From Squalus acanthias (lineage: Eukaryota), in NCBI GenBank assembly GCA_030390025.1, contig CM059433.1, positions 24,368,001 through 24,432,000 of the forward strand: a DNA stretch of 64,000 bases, in the 5' to 3' direction. Numbering within the stretch: the first letter of the stretch is position 1; every line of letters starts with the position of its first letter. The translations under genes and the position numbers were made by a program. Of the stretch, positions 38,891 through 51,243 are shown one piece after another. The notes below the pieces were generated by a model. That model saw only the letters and a program-made list of their open reading frames with translations, searched no databases and was not told the DNA's origin.

Positions 38891-40690
38891 CCGATCATCA
38901 TCTTCTTCGGCAGTCCCTCGGAACAGAGGATGACTTGCTTCCACATTAAAAATGAGTTCTCAAGTGACTGATGAGTCCAATGCGGGACCTACAGTCTCTG
39001 TCACAGGTGGGGCAGACGGTGGGTGGGGTGCTTGGGTTGACGTGCACTCCTTGCACTGGCTTCCGCTTGCTCCCGGCGAAGAGACTCCAGGTATTCGGCG
39101 CCTTCCCGGATGCTTCTCCTCCACTTTGTGTGGTCTTCAGCCAGGGATTCCCAGTTGTCGGTGGGGATGTTGCACTTTTTCAAGGAGGCTTGGAGGGTGT
39201 CCTTGAAGCGTTTCCTCTGCCCACCTGGGGCTCTCTTGCCGTGTCGGAGCTCAGAGTTGAGCGCTTGTTTTGGGTGTCTCGTATCGGGCATGCGGACGAT
39301 ATGACTCGTCCATCGGAGCTGATCGAGCGTGGTCAAAGCTTCGATGTTGGCCTGAGCGAGAACACCGACATTGGTGCGCCTATCCTGCCAATGGATTTGC
39401 AGGATCTTGTGGAGGCAGCGTTGGCAGTACCTCTCCAGTGCTTTGAGGTGCCTGCTGTACATGTTCCATGTCTCTGAGGCATACAGGAGGGCGGGTATTA
39501 CTACTGCTCTCTAGACCATGAGCTTGGTGCCAGGTTTGAGGTCCTGGTCTTCAAACACTCTCTTCCTCAGGCGACCGAAGGCTGCGCTGGCACACTGAAG
39601 GCTGTGTTGGACTTAGTCATCGACATCTGCCCTTGACAGTAGGCTCCCGAGGTATGGAAAGTGGTCCACGTTGTCCAAGGCCTTGTCGTGGATTTTGATA
39701 ATTGGGGGGGGCAGTACTGTGTGGCGGGGGCGGGTTGGTAGAGTGATAGAGTTATACAGCACAGAAAGAGGCCCTTCGGCCCATCGTGTCCACGCCGGCC
39801 ATCAAGCCCTGTCTATTCTAATCCCATTTTCCAGCACTTGGTCCGTAGCCTTGTATGTTATGGCATTTCAAGTGCTCATCTAAATGCTTCTTGAATGTTG
39901 AGGGTTCCTGCCTCTACCATCCTTTCAGGCAGTGAGTTCCAGATTCCAACCACCCTCTGGGTGAAAAAGGTTTTCCTCAAATCCCCTCTAAACCTCCTGC
40001 CCCTTATCTTGAAACTATGCCCCCTGGTTACTGACCCCTCTACTAAGGGGAAAAGTTTCTTTCTATCTACCCTATCTATGCCTCTCATAATTTTGTACAC
40101 CTCAATCAGATCCCCCCTCTGCCTTCTCTGCTCCAAGGAAATCAACCCCAGCCTGTCCAGTCTCTCTTCATAGCTGAAGCGCTCCAGCCCAGGTAACATC
40201 CTGGTGAATCTCCTCTGCACCCTCTCCAATGCAATCACATCCTTCCTATAGTATGGCGACCAGTACTGCACACAGTATTCCAGCTGTGGCCTAACTAGCG
40301 TTTTGTACAGCTCCATCATAACCTCCCTGCTCTTATATTCTATGCCTCGGCTAATGAAGGCAAGTATCCCATATGCCTTTTTAACCACCTTATCTACCTG
40401 TCCTGCTGCCTTCAGGGATCTATGTACATGCACACCAAGGTCCCTCTGTCCTTCCTAGGGTCCTACCATTCATTGTGTATTCCCTTGCCTTGTTAGTCCT
40501 CCTAAAATGCATCACCTCACACTTTTCAGGGTTAAATTCCATTTGCCACTGTTCTGCCCATCTGACCAACCCGTCTATATCGTCCTGTAGCCTGAGGCTT
40601 CCCTCCTCGCTATTTACCACCCCACCAATTTTCGTGTCATCTGCGAACTTACTGATCATACCTCCTACATCCATATCTAAATCATTAATG

Positions 40691-40813
40691 GCCATGATGC
40701 GGAGATGCCGGTGTTGGACTTCACTTCACCTGACGAAGGAGCAGCAGCTCAGAAAGCTTGTGATTTCAAATAAAACTGTTGGACTATAACCTGGTGTTGT
40801 GCAACTTCTCACT
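40691..40813. mobile_element. short Penelope-like (hammerhead-bearing) insertion inside the CR1
   Basis: 13-bp direct repeat TAAATCATTAATG at 40678-40690 and 40814-40826; homologous to 53130-53260. Confidence 0.8.
40726..40763 (+). ncRNA. putative minimal type I hammerhead ribozyme motif
   Basis: tcac CTGACGA a ggagc agca gctca GAAA gc tt gtga. Confidence 0.55.
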
Positions 40814-42834
40814 TAAATCATTAATGTACACTACAAACAGCAAAGGACCCAGCACCGATCCCTGCGGTACACCACTGGACACAGGCTTCCAGTCACAAAA
40901 ACAACCTTCGACCATCACCCTCTGCCTCCTGCCACTAATCCAATTTTGGATCCAATGTGCCAAATTGCCCTGGATCCCATGGGCTCTTACCTTCTTGACC
41001 AGTCTCCCATGCGGGACTTTGTCAAAAGCCTTACTGAAGTCCATGTAGACTACATCAACTGCACTACCCTCATCCACACACCTAGTCACCTCCTCGAAAA
41101 ATTCAATCAAATTGGTTAGACATGATCTCCCCCTGACAAAGCCATGCTGACTATCCTTGATTAATCCTTGGTAGAGGACCTTTGTCTTACGGATGTTTAG
41201 TGCAAGGCCCATGCTCTCGTACTCTTCAGTGAAGGTGTTGACGATGGTTTGGAGTTCGAAGATCTCCTTAACCGAGACTCTGTCTTCGATGCGAGTGTCC
41301 TCAACTCCATCCCGCAGCATGCTACCCGCCACCATCTCAGCACAACCCCAGCCCGGCAGGAGGTTGAAAAGGCCATCCGACAACTGAAGAACAACAAAGC
41401 CTCAGGAGCCGATGAAATCCCTGCCGAGGCACTAAAGCATGGCGGAGAAGCACTACTGGCGCGAATTCATGAACTAATTTCTCTTATCTGGAAGGAGGAG
41501 AGCATGCCAGGGGATCTCAGACGCCGCAATTGTGACCATCTTCAAGAAAGGTGACAAGTCCGATTGCGGTAATTACAGAGGAGTTTCCCTGCTGTCTGCC
41601 ACAAGGAAAGTCATCACAAGAATCCTCCTCAATCGCCTTCTCCCAGTGGCTGAAGAGCTCCTCCCAGAGTCGCAATGCAGATTCTGCCCACTAAGGGGCA
41701 CAATGGACATGATCTTCACCACGCGCCAATTACAAGAGAAATGCAGGGAACAGCACCAACCGCTGTACATGGCCTTCTTTGACCTCACAAAGGCCTTCGA
41801 CACTGTCAATCGTGAGGGATTATGGAGTGTCCTCCTCAAATTCGGCTGCCCTCAAAAGTTTGTCACCATCCTCCACCTGCTTCACGACAACATGCAAGCA
41901 GTGATCCTGACCAACGGCTCCACCACAGACCCAATTCACGTACGGACCGGGGTCAAGCAAGGCTGTGTCATCGCACCAACGGTCTTCTCTATCTTCCTTG
42001 CTGCAATGCTCCATCTCACCCTCGGTAAGCTCCCCGCTGGAGTGGAGCTAATTTACAGAACAAACAGGAAACTGTCCAGGTCCAAGGACGTCCCATCCTC
42101 TTGTCGAATTACAGTATGCAGAAGACGCTTGCATCTGCGCACTCTAATTTATAGATAAATGATTGCTAATAAGTTCAACTCAGATACAACGGAGAATCAT
42201 TAGAATATGGTTTGCCTGGATCTCCATGGTAGGAGTAAGCATCAACATCTGACATAAAAATACCTGGGTTGTAAGGTGGTCTTCATTCCTCAAATACAGG
42301 AAGAGCAAACCCAGGATAACAAGAGGAAAGTCAGAACAAAGCCCCCCACCCCGTTACATTTTTGGACGTTTACTTGAGACACTTTCCTCATGCTCAGCAC
42401 AACAAACTACTTCTGTAAGTGAGCCTTCGCTCTCTCCAAATCAAACTCCACAGAGCATGCTATTCAATGCCCAATATTTGGATAATGATAGCAAATCTAC
42501 TGTATTAAGCTTACTGGACACATCACTTGCCCATAGCTGATCTCCTTGACTTCTGAAGGTCATACCAGACCGTACCTCAGGCTGTAAGCCAACAGATTTA
42601 TTACTAGACAAGTAAACAGTACCAAAGACAAACCACAAATTTTCAGTCATACACAGAACAAAAACTATTTCTCCTCATAATATAAAATTAGTAACATCTT
42701 CTATGCAAAACCTCAAGGAGAGACTTAAGAAAAAGTCTGAAAATTTTACGTGGCGGTTTGCTGCTAACTTTCCAGAGCTCCTGCCTCTCAGCTTTAGAAG
42801 GATTCTTGAATTGGGGAAAATCGAACTGCGATAT

Positions 42835-43266
42835 GGGCAACACGGTGGCATAGTGGTTAGCACTGGTGCCTCACAGCGCCAGGGACCCGGGTTCGAATCT
42901 GACCTCGGGTGACTGTCTGTGTGGAGTTTGCACATTCTCCCCGTGTCTGCGTGGGTTTCCTCCGGGTGCTCCGGTTTCCTCCTACAGTCCAAAAATGTGC
43001 GGGTTAGGTTGATTTGGCTATGATAAATTGACCCTTAGTGTTAGGGGGGGATTAAATATGTGGGGTTATGGGGATAGGATAGGATATGTTAGGGGGAATT
43101 AAATACGTGGGGTTACGGGGGTAGGGTGGGATATGTGTACTGTGGGGATTAAAGCAGGGACAGGGTACTGGACTTGGATGATCAGCCATGATCGTATTGA
43201 ATGGTGGAGCAGGCTCGACGGGCCGAATGGCCGACTCCTGCTCCTAGATTCTATGTTTCTATGATT
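42835..43266 (+). mobile_element. tRNA-derived V-SINE (HE1-like) with CR1-derived tail
   Basis: A/B boxes (tggcatagtgg, ggttcgaatc), V-domain tgtgtggagtttgcacattctccccgtgtctgcgtgggtttcctccgggtgctccggtttcctcc, CR1 3' tail. Confidence 0.9.
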
Positions 43267-44673
43267 ACTACTACTCCTTTGAAGTTTGTCCAGTGAAGCA
43301 AATACCTTTTTTTTTTTAAATTGCATCAAGCTGTCAGACATGCACAGGATGTCAAACACAAAGGACATTTGCTGTACCATGTACCCACTTGCAATCTTTG
43401 AAGTTTATCTATGAAGCAGAACACCACTTCTACAGATAAGTATCAACAATGTTTGTGGATGGAACACTAACGGAGCTTTGCACTGAGCAGGCATTAACAC
43501 ATTAAGATAGCCTTTTGTTTCACTGCAGCAACTTACAAATGCATTATATATGTTTACATACTGATCTGCACTAGTCAAACTAAGTTATGGCTTTAATTGA
43601 ACCTGGCTTTAACCTACAACTATCGTAAAAAAAGGAAACAAACACAACATACCATATTTGATCCTTAGACCCCAGTGGTTAGAATGCTCAAAATCCCTTT
43701 AATCTGTTGTCAAGGACTATTATCTACCATAATTACTATAAGCAGGTGATACAACAAATGTTGAACAGAACAAAGGAAGATCTACTATAGGAAGCCCTCA
43801 AGGATTGGAGTGCCTACATAGATCCCATTCTTTCGGTTGCAGCCTTGGCTCAGAACAGCAAACCACATAGGAAACATCAAAGCTCATGATAATAATCGGA
43901 ACATTTTGATACCTAAATACTATCACCGCATACAGATGATCCACATCAAGAAAAGCATCTTTGTACCAAATGTTAGACCAAAGCAAAAAACAGCGACAGG
44001 TAATCCATACCATTGATATTAGTTTGTGCTGAGGATAGCCATTCAATGGTATGCCCTGAGGAGCTTTAACATGCATTTAATACCACCCTGCTGGACCTTC
44101 AGGAGAAAGGGGAAGCAGAAAACCATGTCATAGTTTGATGAGTGGCACTAAAATTATTGTCCAATTGTAAAAATGGCCATTGGCAGTGTTCAAAACACAG
44201 GTCATAGGCAAAACAAATGACAATTTCCTGACCAACACAAGCAAGCTTCAGCATTTCCAAAGCTGGCAAGCTGGGGGCATTAAAACTGTTTCCAAGGAGA
44301 GATGTTCAATATATAAAGCAAGAAGGAAAAAAAATACTTGCATTTATATAGCTCTTTTCAGTTGTCTCAAAGCACTTTACAATTAATAGATTATAAAAAG
44401 GTCAACAAGGCAACAGCCAGATGTCAGAAATACCATAAATGGGTATGACTCATGATTCTCGCAGTTGGTGACCGGAATTTATTCCTAGTGGTAGAGCAAC
44501 TATGGAATGCACTATAGCTCCACTATTTAAAAACAAATTTGTGCAATTTATTTATTGCATTCTCTAAAGGGACCACCAAATGTTACTCACATTTTATGCA
44601 AGTAACCTCAAATCAAATAACATTTTAAAATAAAATGAAGTTTTATATTCAATTCAATCTCCTCCATTATTGT

Positions 44674-46572
44674 ATTAGATAGACAAGAATGGAACCAGGC
44701 GAGCGCAGTCCCACCCAGCTGGACGACAGTGGAGAGGCGTTGGAGCAGGATGGAATGGTCAACCGTGTCAAAGGCTGCAGACAAGGAGGGATAGTTTACC
44801 TTTGTCACAGTCATTTGTTTTGCCTATGACCTGTGTTTTGGACCAAACTTCCTCCAAGGTTCCCCCCTGCCCTAGCCCTGAACTCACATCTTACTCCAGT
44901 TTCTCTCTGATCTCCCCTCATGACCTCTCGACGCTCATCTTGTCCATGAGACCCACTTCCTGCTCCCTCGACCTTATTTCCACCAAACTGCTGACCACCC
45001 AACTTCCTTTTCTGGCTCCCATCTTAGCTGACCTTGTTAACCGTTCTCTCTTCTCAGGTACTGTGCCCCTCTCCCTTAAATCCGCAGTTATCACACCTCT
45101 CCCCAAAAAAACAACCCTTGACCCCCTCCATCCTTGCAAACTACCGCCCCATCTCCAACCTCCCTTTCTTCTCCAAAGTCCTTGAACGTGCTGTCGCCTC
45201 CCAAATCAGTGCCCATCTTTCCCGCAATTCCATGTTTGAATCCCTCCAAATCGGGTTTCCGCCCTTGCCACAGGACTGAAACGGCTCTCAAAGTCACAAA
45301 TGACATCCTATGTGACTGTGACAAAGGTAAACTATCCTTCCCTGTCCTCCTTGACTTGTCTGCAGCCTTTGACACGGTTAACCACTCCATCCTTCAACGC
45401 CTCGCCATCATCATCCAGCTGGGTGGGACTGCACTCGCCTGGTTCCATTCTTATCTATCTAATCGTAGCCAGAGAATCACCTGCTTCTCTTCCCACTCCC
45501 GCATCGTTACCTCTGGTGTCGCCCAAGGATCTATCCTTGGCCCCCTCCTATTTCTCATCTACATGATGCTCCTTGGCAACATCATTCTAAAACACAGCGT
45601 CAGTTTCCACATGTACGCTGACGACACCCAGCTCTAGCTCACTACCACTTCTCTCAACCCCTCCACTGTCTCTCTAAATTGTCAGACTGCTTGTCTGACA
45701 TCCAGTTCTGGATGAGCAGAAATTTTCTCCAATGAAATATTGGGAAGACCAAAGCCATTGTTTTCGGTCCCCGTCACAAACTCCGTTCCCTAGTCACTGA
45801 CTCCACCCCTCTCCCTAATGTCTGTGAGGCTGAACTACACTGTTTGCAACCTTGGTGTCATATTTGACCCTGAAATGAGCTTCCGACCACATATCTGCAG
45901 CATAATTAAGACTGCCTATTTCCACCTCCATAACCTCCACCCCTGCCTCAGCTCATCCACTGCTGAAACCCTCATCCACGCCTTTGTTACCTCTAGACTT
46001 GACTGTTCCAACGCACTCTTGGCTGGCCTCCCACATTCTACCCTTCGTAAACTTGGTGATCCAAAACTCGGCTGCCCGTATCCTAACTCGCACCAAGTCC
46101 CGTTCACCCATCACCCCTGTGCTCACTGACCTACATTGGCTCCCGGTTAAGCAACGCCTCGATTTCAAAATTCTCATCCTTGTTTTCAAATCCTTCCATG
46201 GCCTCACCCCTTCCTATCTCTAATCTCCTTCAGCCCCACAACCCCCCTCCCACCCCCCAAAATATCTGCACCACTAATTCTGCCCTCATGAGCATCCCTG
46301 ATTATAATCGCTCAACCATTGGTGGCTGTGCCTTCTGTTGCCTAGGCCCTAAGCTCTGGAATTCCCTGCCTAAACCTCTCCGCCTCACTACCTCTTTCCT
46401 CCTTTAAGATGCTCCTTAAATCCTACCTCTTTGACTAAGCTTTTGTTCACCTGCCCAATTTCCCCTTATGTGGCTCGGTGTCAAATTTTTTGTTTTTTAA
46501 TACTCCTGTGCAGCGCCTTGGGACGTTTTACTACGTTAAAGGCGCTTTATAAATAAAAGTTGTTGTTGTTGT
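44674..46572 (+). mobile_element. L2-clade LINE (RT to 3' tail) with inverted segment at its 5' edge (44674-44817)
   Basis: NYRPISNLPFFSKVLE, LLDLSAAFDTVNH, SGVAQGSILGP, HMYADDTQL; tail (ttg)n. Confidence 0.93.
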
Positions 46573-46804
46573 ATACATAGAAACCATCAGACATAGGTCA
46601 ACAAATATATTGGAAATACAAGCGACCTTTCAAGTTTTTCCATGAAAACACACATCTCCTATCCAATAAAACCACTGACTCTTGCATTTCACTCCTTCTA
46701 AGAACATAATGCTGACACAATCTGTGGTTATAAGTTAAGTCCTTTAGGTTCACTGTATTTCATCTCAAGCTACTTTATATGAACCCAGAAAAAAACTCAC
46801 TAAC

Positions 46805-46987
46805 CTGGGGAAGGAAGTGATGCTGCAGATTGTCTCATTCGCTTTCAATAAGGAAAACACTTCCTGTCGCCGTAACTTCATGTTTGCTTCCACAGTGTTA
46901 AAATCCGCCATAGTTCCTCCATATGGTTGCCCTGGAGTACCTTCAATCATATAGCTGGCATATTCGGGTCTCCAAAGAGTGGGATGG
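46805..46987 (-). CDS. gclc: gclc coding exon 3 (183 nt)
   Basis: aag|C CAT...CCC AG|gttagt; [36 protein letters not shown]...ITSFPR. Confidence 0.97.
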
Positions 46988-47881
46988 CTTTGTATAAAAC
47001 ATCAAGTATAATGAATGTTTCTTGCATTATAGACTGTTAGCTGTACTATTTGTTACTTAGCGAGGTAGATCTTCTTAAATAGAGTTTAGCTGCACCTATG
47101 ATTCAGAAATCCCTTACAGTTCTAAGCTTGGTCCTTGGCTTATGTGGAATTAGCAGATCATAACCATTTGGAGATGCTACAATTGGTCTAAAGTCCTAAG
47201 GCCAGACTCAAAGTATACATAAGGCATCAGGTGAAGAGTAGATCGTGCCGAGATTCTCTCTTTCCCCCAATTGAATTGACCTGCCAACATGCAATGCCTA
47301 TGTGCATACATGAAGAATGACCACTTGGATGAAGAACTGATGAATTGCCAAAACCTTATCATGAGTTACCACCTTCAGAAGAGGGGTATGGTTTAAATAT
47401 AGAGGGTATGTCACCAGTGAGTAAACTAGGTCTGTTCATTTTGATCAACTCTCAAATTGAAAAATTAATTGAGTTTTTTCATCAATGTCACAGGTAATCT
47501 TCACAGTACTGTCATTATAAAGCACAAGTAATTTACCGCTTAGGAAAAATGGTCTCTGTCTGAAAGCGTTGACTCTCTCAATGAGACAATTGCACAGGTT
47601 TGGAACCTCACCCAAGTGATCATTATTCATGCAAGTCTTGATTAGTATTGGCAGGCTATCCAACTGGAAAGCATCACAACCAAGCCCAACCTTGTCCTCA
47701 CCTAGTGACAATACATGCATATCCAGTAGAGGTCACTGTATAGATAGGAGAACCATGGCAGATTTTTCCCTGGGGTTAGGGAAGGAAATTAACTGCAGCA
47801 CGCTGAGAAAATTGGGGCATAGAAAAATAAAGTAATCCCACTTCCTGAATGTTACAATTTATGAACAAAATATTCACTTAC

Positions 47882-47994
47882 TTAGGGTTTGTCTTTTCAC
47901 CCTGATTTTGCAGTTCGCGAAGAATCGCTTCCCCCTGCAGCAGCACTTGAACTTTCTTATGTTCATGATCAAATGACAACAACATATACTCAAC
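47882..47994 (-). CDS. gclc: gclc coding exon 2 (113 nt)
   Basis: tag|GTT...CCT AA|gtaagt; encodes VEYMLLSFDHEHKKVQVLLQGEAILRELQNQGEKTNPN, matching vertebrate GCLC. Confidence 0.96.
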
Positions 47995-48329
47995 CTAGTG
48001 GACAAAGTAGAACACCGACAACATTAACACTAGTGCTACAGTCAACCTACAATCCAAATAAAAAGATTGATCAAGTTGTTGTCTAAATGTGCAAAATTTC
48101 CTTTGTCAACTGAAAATAGAGATAAGCATCTGTTGAGAATTTTTGTGCTGAGTGCTTACAATGGCAATGTTGATCAGTGGCCATTCAATCATTAACCTAC
48201 AGTGCTCCAACAAGCTTGTTTCTGCTACTCGGAAACACAACTTCCTGGGTCTGCCCAGACTCGTCCAATCCAGGAAAAATGCTCTATGGCCGTTTACACT
48301 ATCCTGGTAGTACGTATTGAGACTTTTAG

Positions 48330-51243
48330 ATTAGCCCCTAAACTAGTTTAAAGTTATGGCCCCATTAAAATGAATACGGCCAGTCTGGGATAGAAACCAC
48401 TCTTCAATGTCTCAGACTAAAGATGGGGGCACAATGATGTACTGTGAGGTGGGAGTGGCCCGAGCAGACCTTCTTCATTTTCGGCTTCAGGTCAAACAGA
48501 GCCAAGGAAACCTGATCACCACCTCAACTGTGAATCTGTACTCCATGTTGAACATTACAGGGAGGAATCTGAGGGGAACAAGGGCGCTTGGATACCCAGT
48601 TTTGGGTCGCTAGATCGGTCCTTAGTCCTACTTAACATGGTGGTGGTAGTGCCACTTTACAAAATGGAGAATGTTCTCAGTGGAAACGAGGTGGTCCCTT
48701 CTGCCAGTACTATCGTGGGCAAACATGTCTGCGATAGGATAGTGAGGATGAGGTCATGAAGGTTACTTCCTCATATTGGTTCCTTCACCATTTGATGCAG
48801 GCTTAGTTTTTCAGCTATGTCCTTCAGGACATGGTCAGCGTGTCAGTGGTGGTACTACTGAATCATTTTTGGTGAGGGACTTCAACAGTGCACCAAGAAT
48901 GGTTGTTTCCACTGAGAGGACATTCTCCATTGTGTAAAGTGGCACTACTACCACCATGCTAAGTAGGACTAAGGACCAATCTAGCAGCCCAAAACTGGGT
49001 ATCCAAGAGGTGCTGTGGGCCATCAGCAGCAGTAGTATACCACTACAATCAGTAACCTCATGGCCCAGCATATTATCCACTCCCTGATCAAGCTAGGAGA
49101 CCAACCCTGGTCAATGGGGAATGTAGAAATGTGTGCCAGGAGCAGCACCAGGCATAATTTAGAATGTGATACAAACCTAGTAAAGCTAATACACAGGGCT
49201 ATAACTGCATGCCAAACACCAAAAGCAGCAGGCCATAGACAGAGCAAAGTGATCCCACAACCAACAGATCAAGGCGAAGCTCTGTAGGCCAATCACATCC
49301 AGTCGAGAATGGCGATAGGCAAGCAGGCAACTAACAGAAGGAGGAAGTGGCAGCTTCATGAACTTCCCCATCCTCAGTCATTGTGCATCCCAGCATGAGT
49401 GCTGCAGACGAGGCTTAAATGTTTGCAAGCATCTTCAGCGAAAAGTAGAGTGGATTCTACTCTGCCTGTAGAGGTCCCCACCATCACAGATACTACTGTC
49501 CAACCAATTCAGTTCACTCCAAGTGACATTAAGAAATATCTGAGTTCAGACACAGAAAAAGCCATCAGACAACATCCTGCTGTAGTGAAGATCTGTGCAA
49601 CATAATTAGCTACTTCCTTTGTTTTATGGTTAAGTTCTTTAATGGCTGTGCTCCTCTTTAAAAAAAAAAGGGGCACATTTGTTAGGTTTTTGTTTGATGA
49701 TTTGCAGGTTTATTAGACAAGGCATTAGATAATTAATTGTGCTGCGATAAAACCCATCAAGATTAGAAGAGAATAGAAGTCCCTGGTCATAAGTTGAGGC
49801 GACTAGCATAGATGGATTTAAGGGAAAGCTAGGTAAACACTTGAGGGAGAAAGGGGTAGAGGGTTATGTTGATGGGATTAAATGAAGCAAGGTGGAAGGA
49901 GGCCCATGTGGAGCACAAACACCAGCATAGACCAGTTGGACCAAATGGTCTGTTTCTGTCCTGTTAATTCTATGTAAAGCTGTTCCAGTACAGTTTGACA
50001 GTAGAAATCTACCTAAACATGTGGATATTGTCCTATATCCTATTCACATTAAAAAAAAGGACAAATCTAACTTGGCCAATTACCACTTCTTCAGCCTCCT
50101 CCCAATAATCAGTAAAGTGATGGTAGGATTCATCAATAGTGCCATCAAGCAACACCTATCCCTCAACAGATTGCTCACTCATGTTCAGTTTAGGTTCCAC
50201 CAAAACCACTCTGCTCCAGACTTCATCACAACCTTGATCCAGACATGAACACAAGAATGCCCAAGGACAGGCGAGTGTAATGGTCCTTGACATCAACAGA
50301 GCATTTAATCAAATAAGGCACCGAGGAGTCCTAGTAAAACTGAAGTCTATGGAGGAGGTGGTCAAGGGGAAAACCCTCCAATAACCAGTCATACTGACAC
50401 AAAGGAAGATAACTGGTTGTTGGAAGTCAGTAATCAGAGCCCCAGGACATCACTGTAGGAGTTGAAGGAAGTACACTCAGCTCAACCATCTTCAGCTGCT
50501 TCAATGACCTTCCCTCCACCACCTGGATAACATCCAGACTTGGGTTGACTCTTGACAGGTAACATTTATACCAGTTACGTGGTGGGTAATGATCATCTCA
50601 AAGAGAAAGCCCACCCCACTCCTTGGCACCACCAACATCTACATCCTAGAATCATCATTGGTCCAGTTCCCAACACTATGGCTACAAGAGCAGGAGAGTG
50701 GCTGTGTACTCCAATAAGTGGCTCACCTCCTGACCCCTCAAAACCTCTCCACCATCTAAAAGGCTCAAGTACTAGGGAATTATTTACTAATTGCCTGGAT
50801 CTGTGCACCTGCAATAACATTGAAGCTTGACACGATCAAGCACAGATCAGTTTGCTTTATTACAGCCCCTGGACTCAACATTCAACCCCTCCACCACCAG
50901 CACCTTGTAGGTGTGGCATTTACATTCTACAAAATGCACTGCAACAACTGGCCAAGGTTACTTCAACATTACATCTCTCCTCTGCACTTCTACCAAGAAC
51001 AAGAGCTACAAAGTTGTGGGATCACCACCTCTAAGTTTCCTCCCCAGTAACACATCCATCCTGACTCAAACATATTGTCCTTCCATCATTATTTCTGGGT
51101 CAGAATTCTGGAAGTCCCTACCTAACACCACTGCACAAGGAATGCAGCGGTTCAAAGACGGTCCACGATCACCTTCTCGGGGCAACTAGAGACAGCCAAT
51201 AAATGAGGCTGTCAGCGTTGCCCAGATCCTAAGAACAAATAAA
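48330..51243 (+). mobile_element. degenerate RTEX/jockey-like LINE with internal inversion and a CR1 tail insert (~49780-49975)
   Basis: KKDKSNLANY..SLLPIISKVM...QFRFHQNHSAPD RT motifs; clade assignment tentative. Confidence 0.7.

Larger units (their letters stand above)
39744..41167 (-). mobile_element. CR1 LINE inserted into the RTE
   Basis: CR1 RT motifs; 9-bp direct repeat TTGGTAGAG at 39735-39743 and 41168-41176. Confidence 0.93.
38895..42145 (-). mobile_element. RTE-clade LINE with inverted 5' part (41255-42145 on +), interrupted by CR1
   Basis: (GAT/GAA)n tail near 38895; KRAPGGQRKRFKDTL on -; GNYRGVSLLS, DLTKAFDTVNR, GVKQGCVIAP on +. Confidence 0.92.

Noticed and set aside
31869..42158. 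Long ORFs (e.g. 32372-33058, 37242-37958, 41532-42158) as host genes
   Set aside because: All are pieces of CR1 or RTE reverse-transcriptase frames with stops or frameshifts.
42835..42910. tRNA gene
   Set aside because: A/B boxes run straight into a V-domain and CR1 tail, so this is a SINE head.
46988..46990. Non-canonical acceptor at exon 3 (AAG)
   Set aside because: Still an AG acceptor and gives the expected frame; uncommon but not anomalous.
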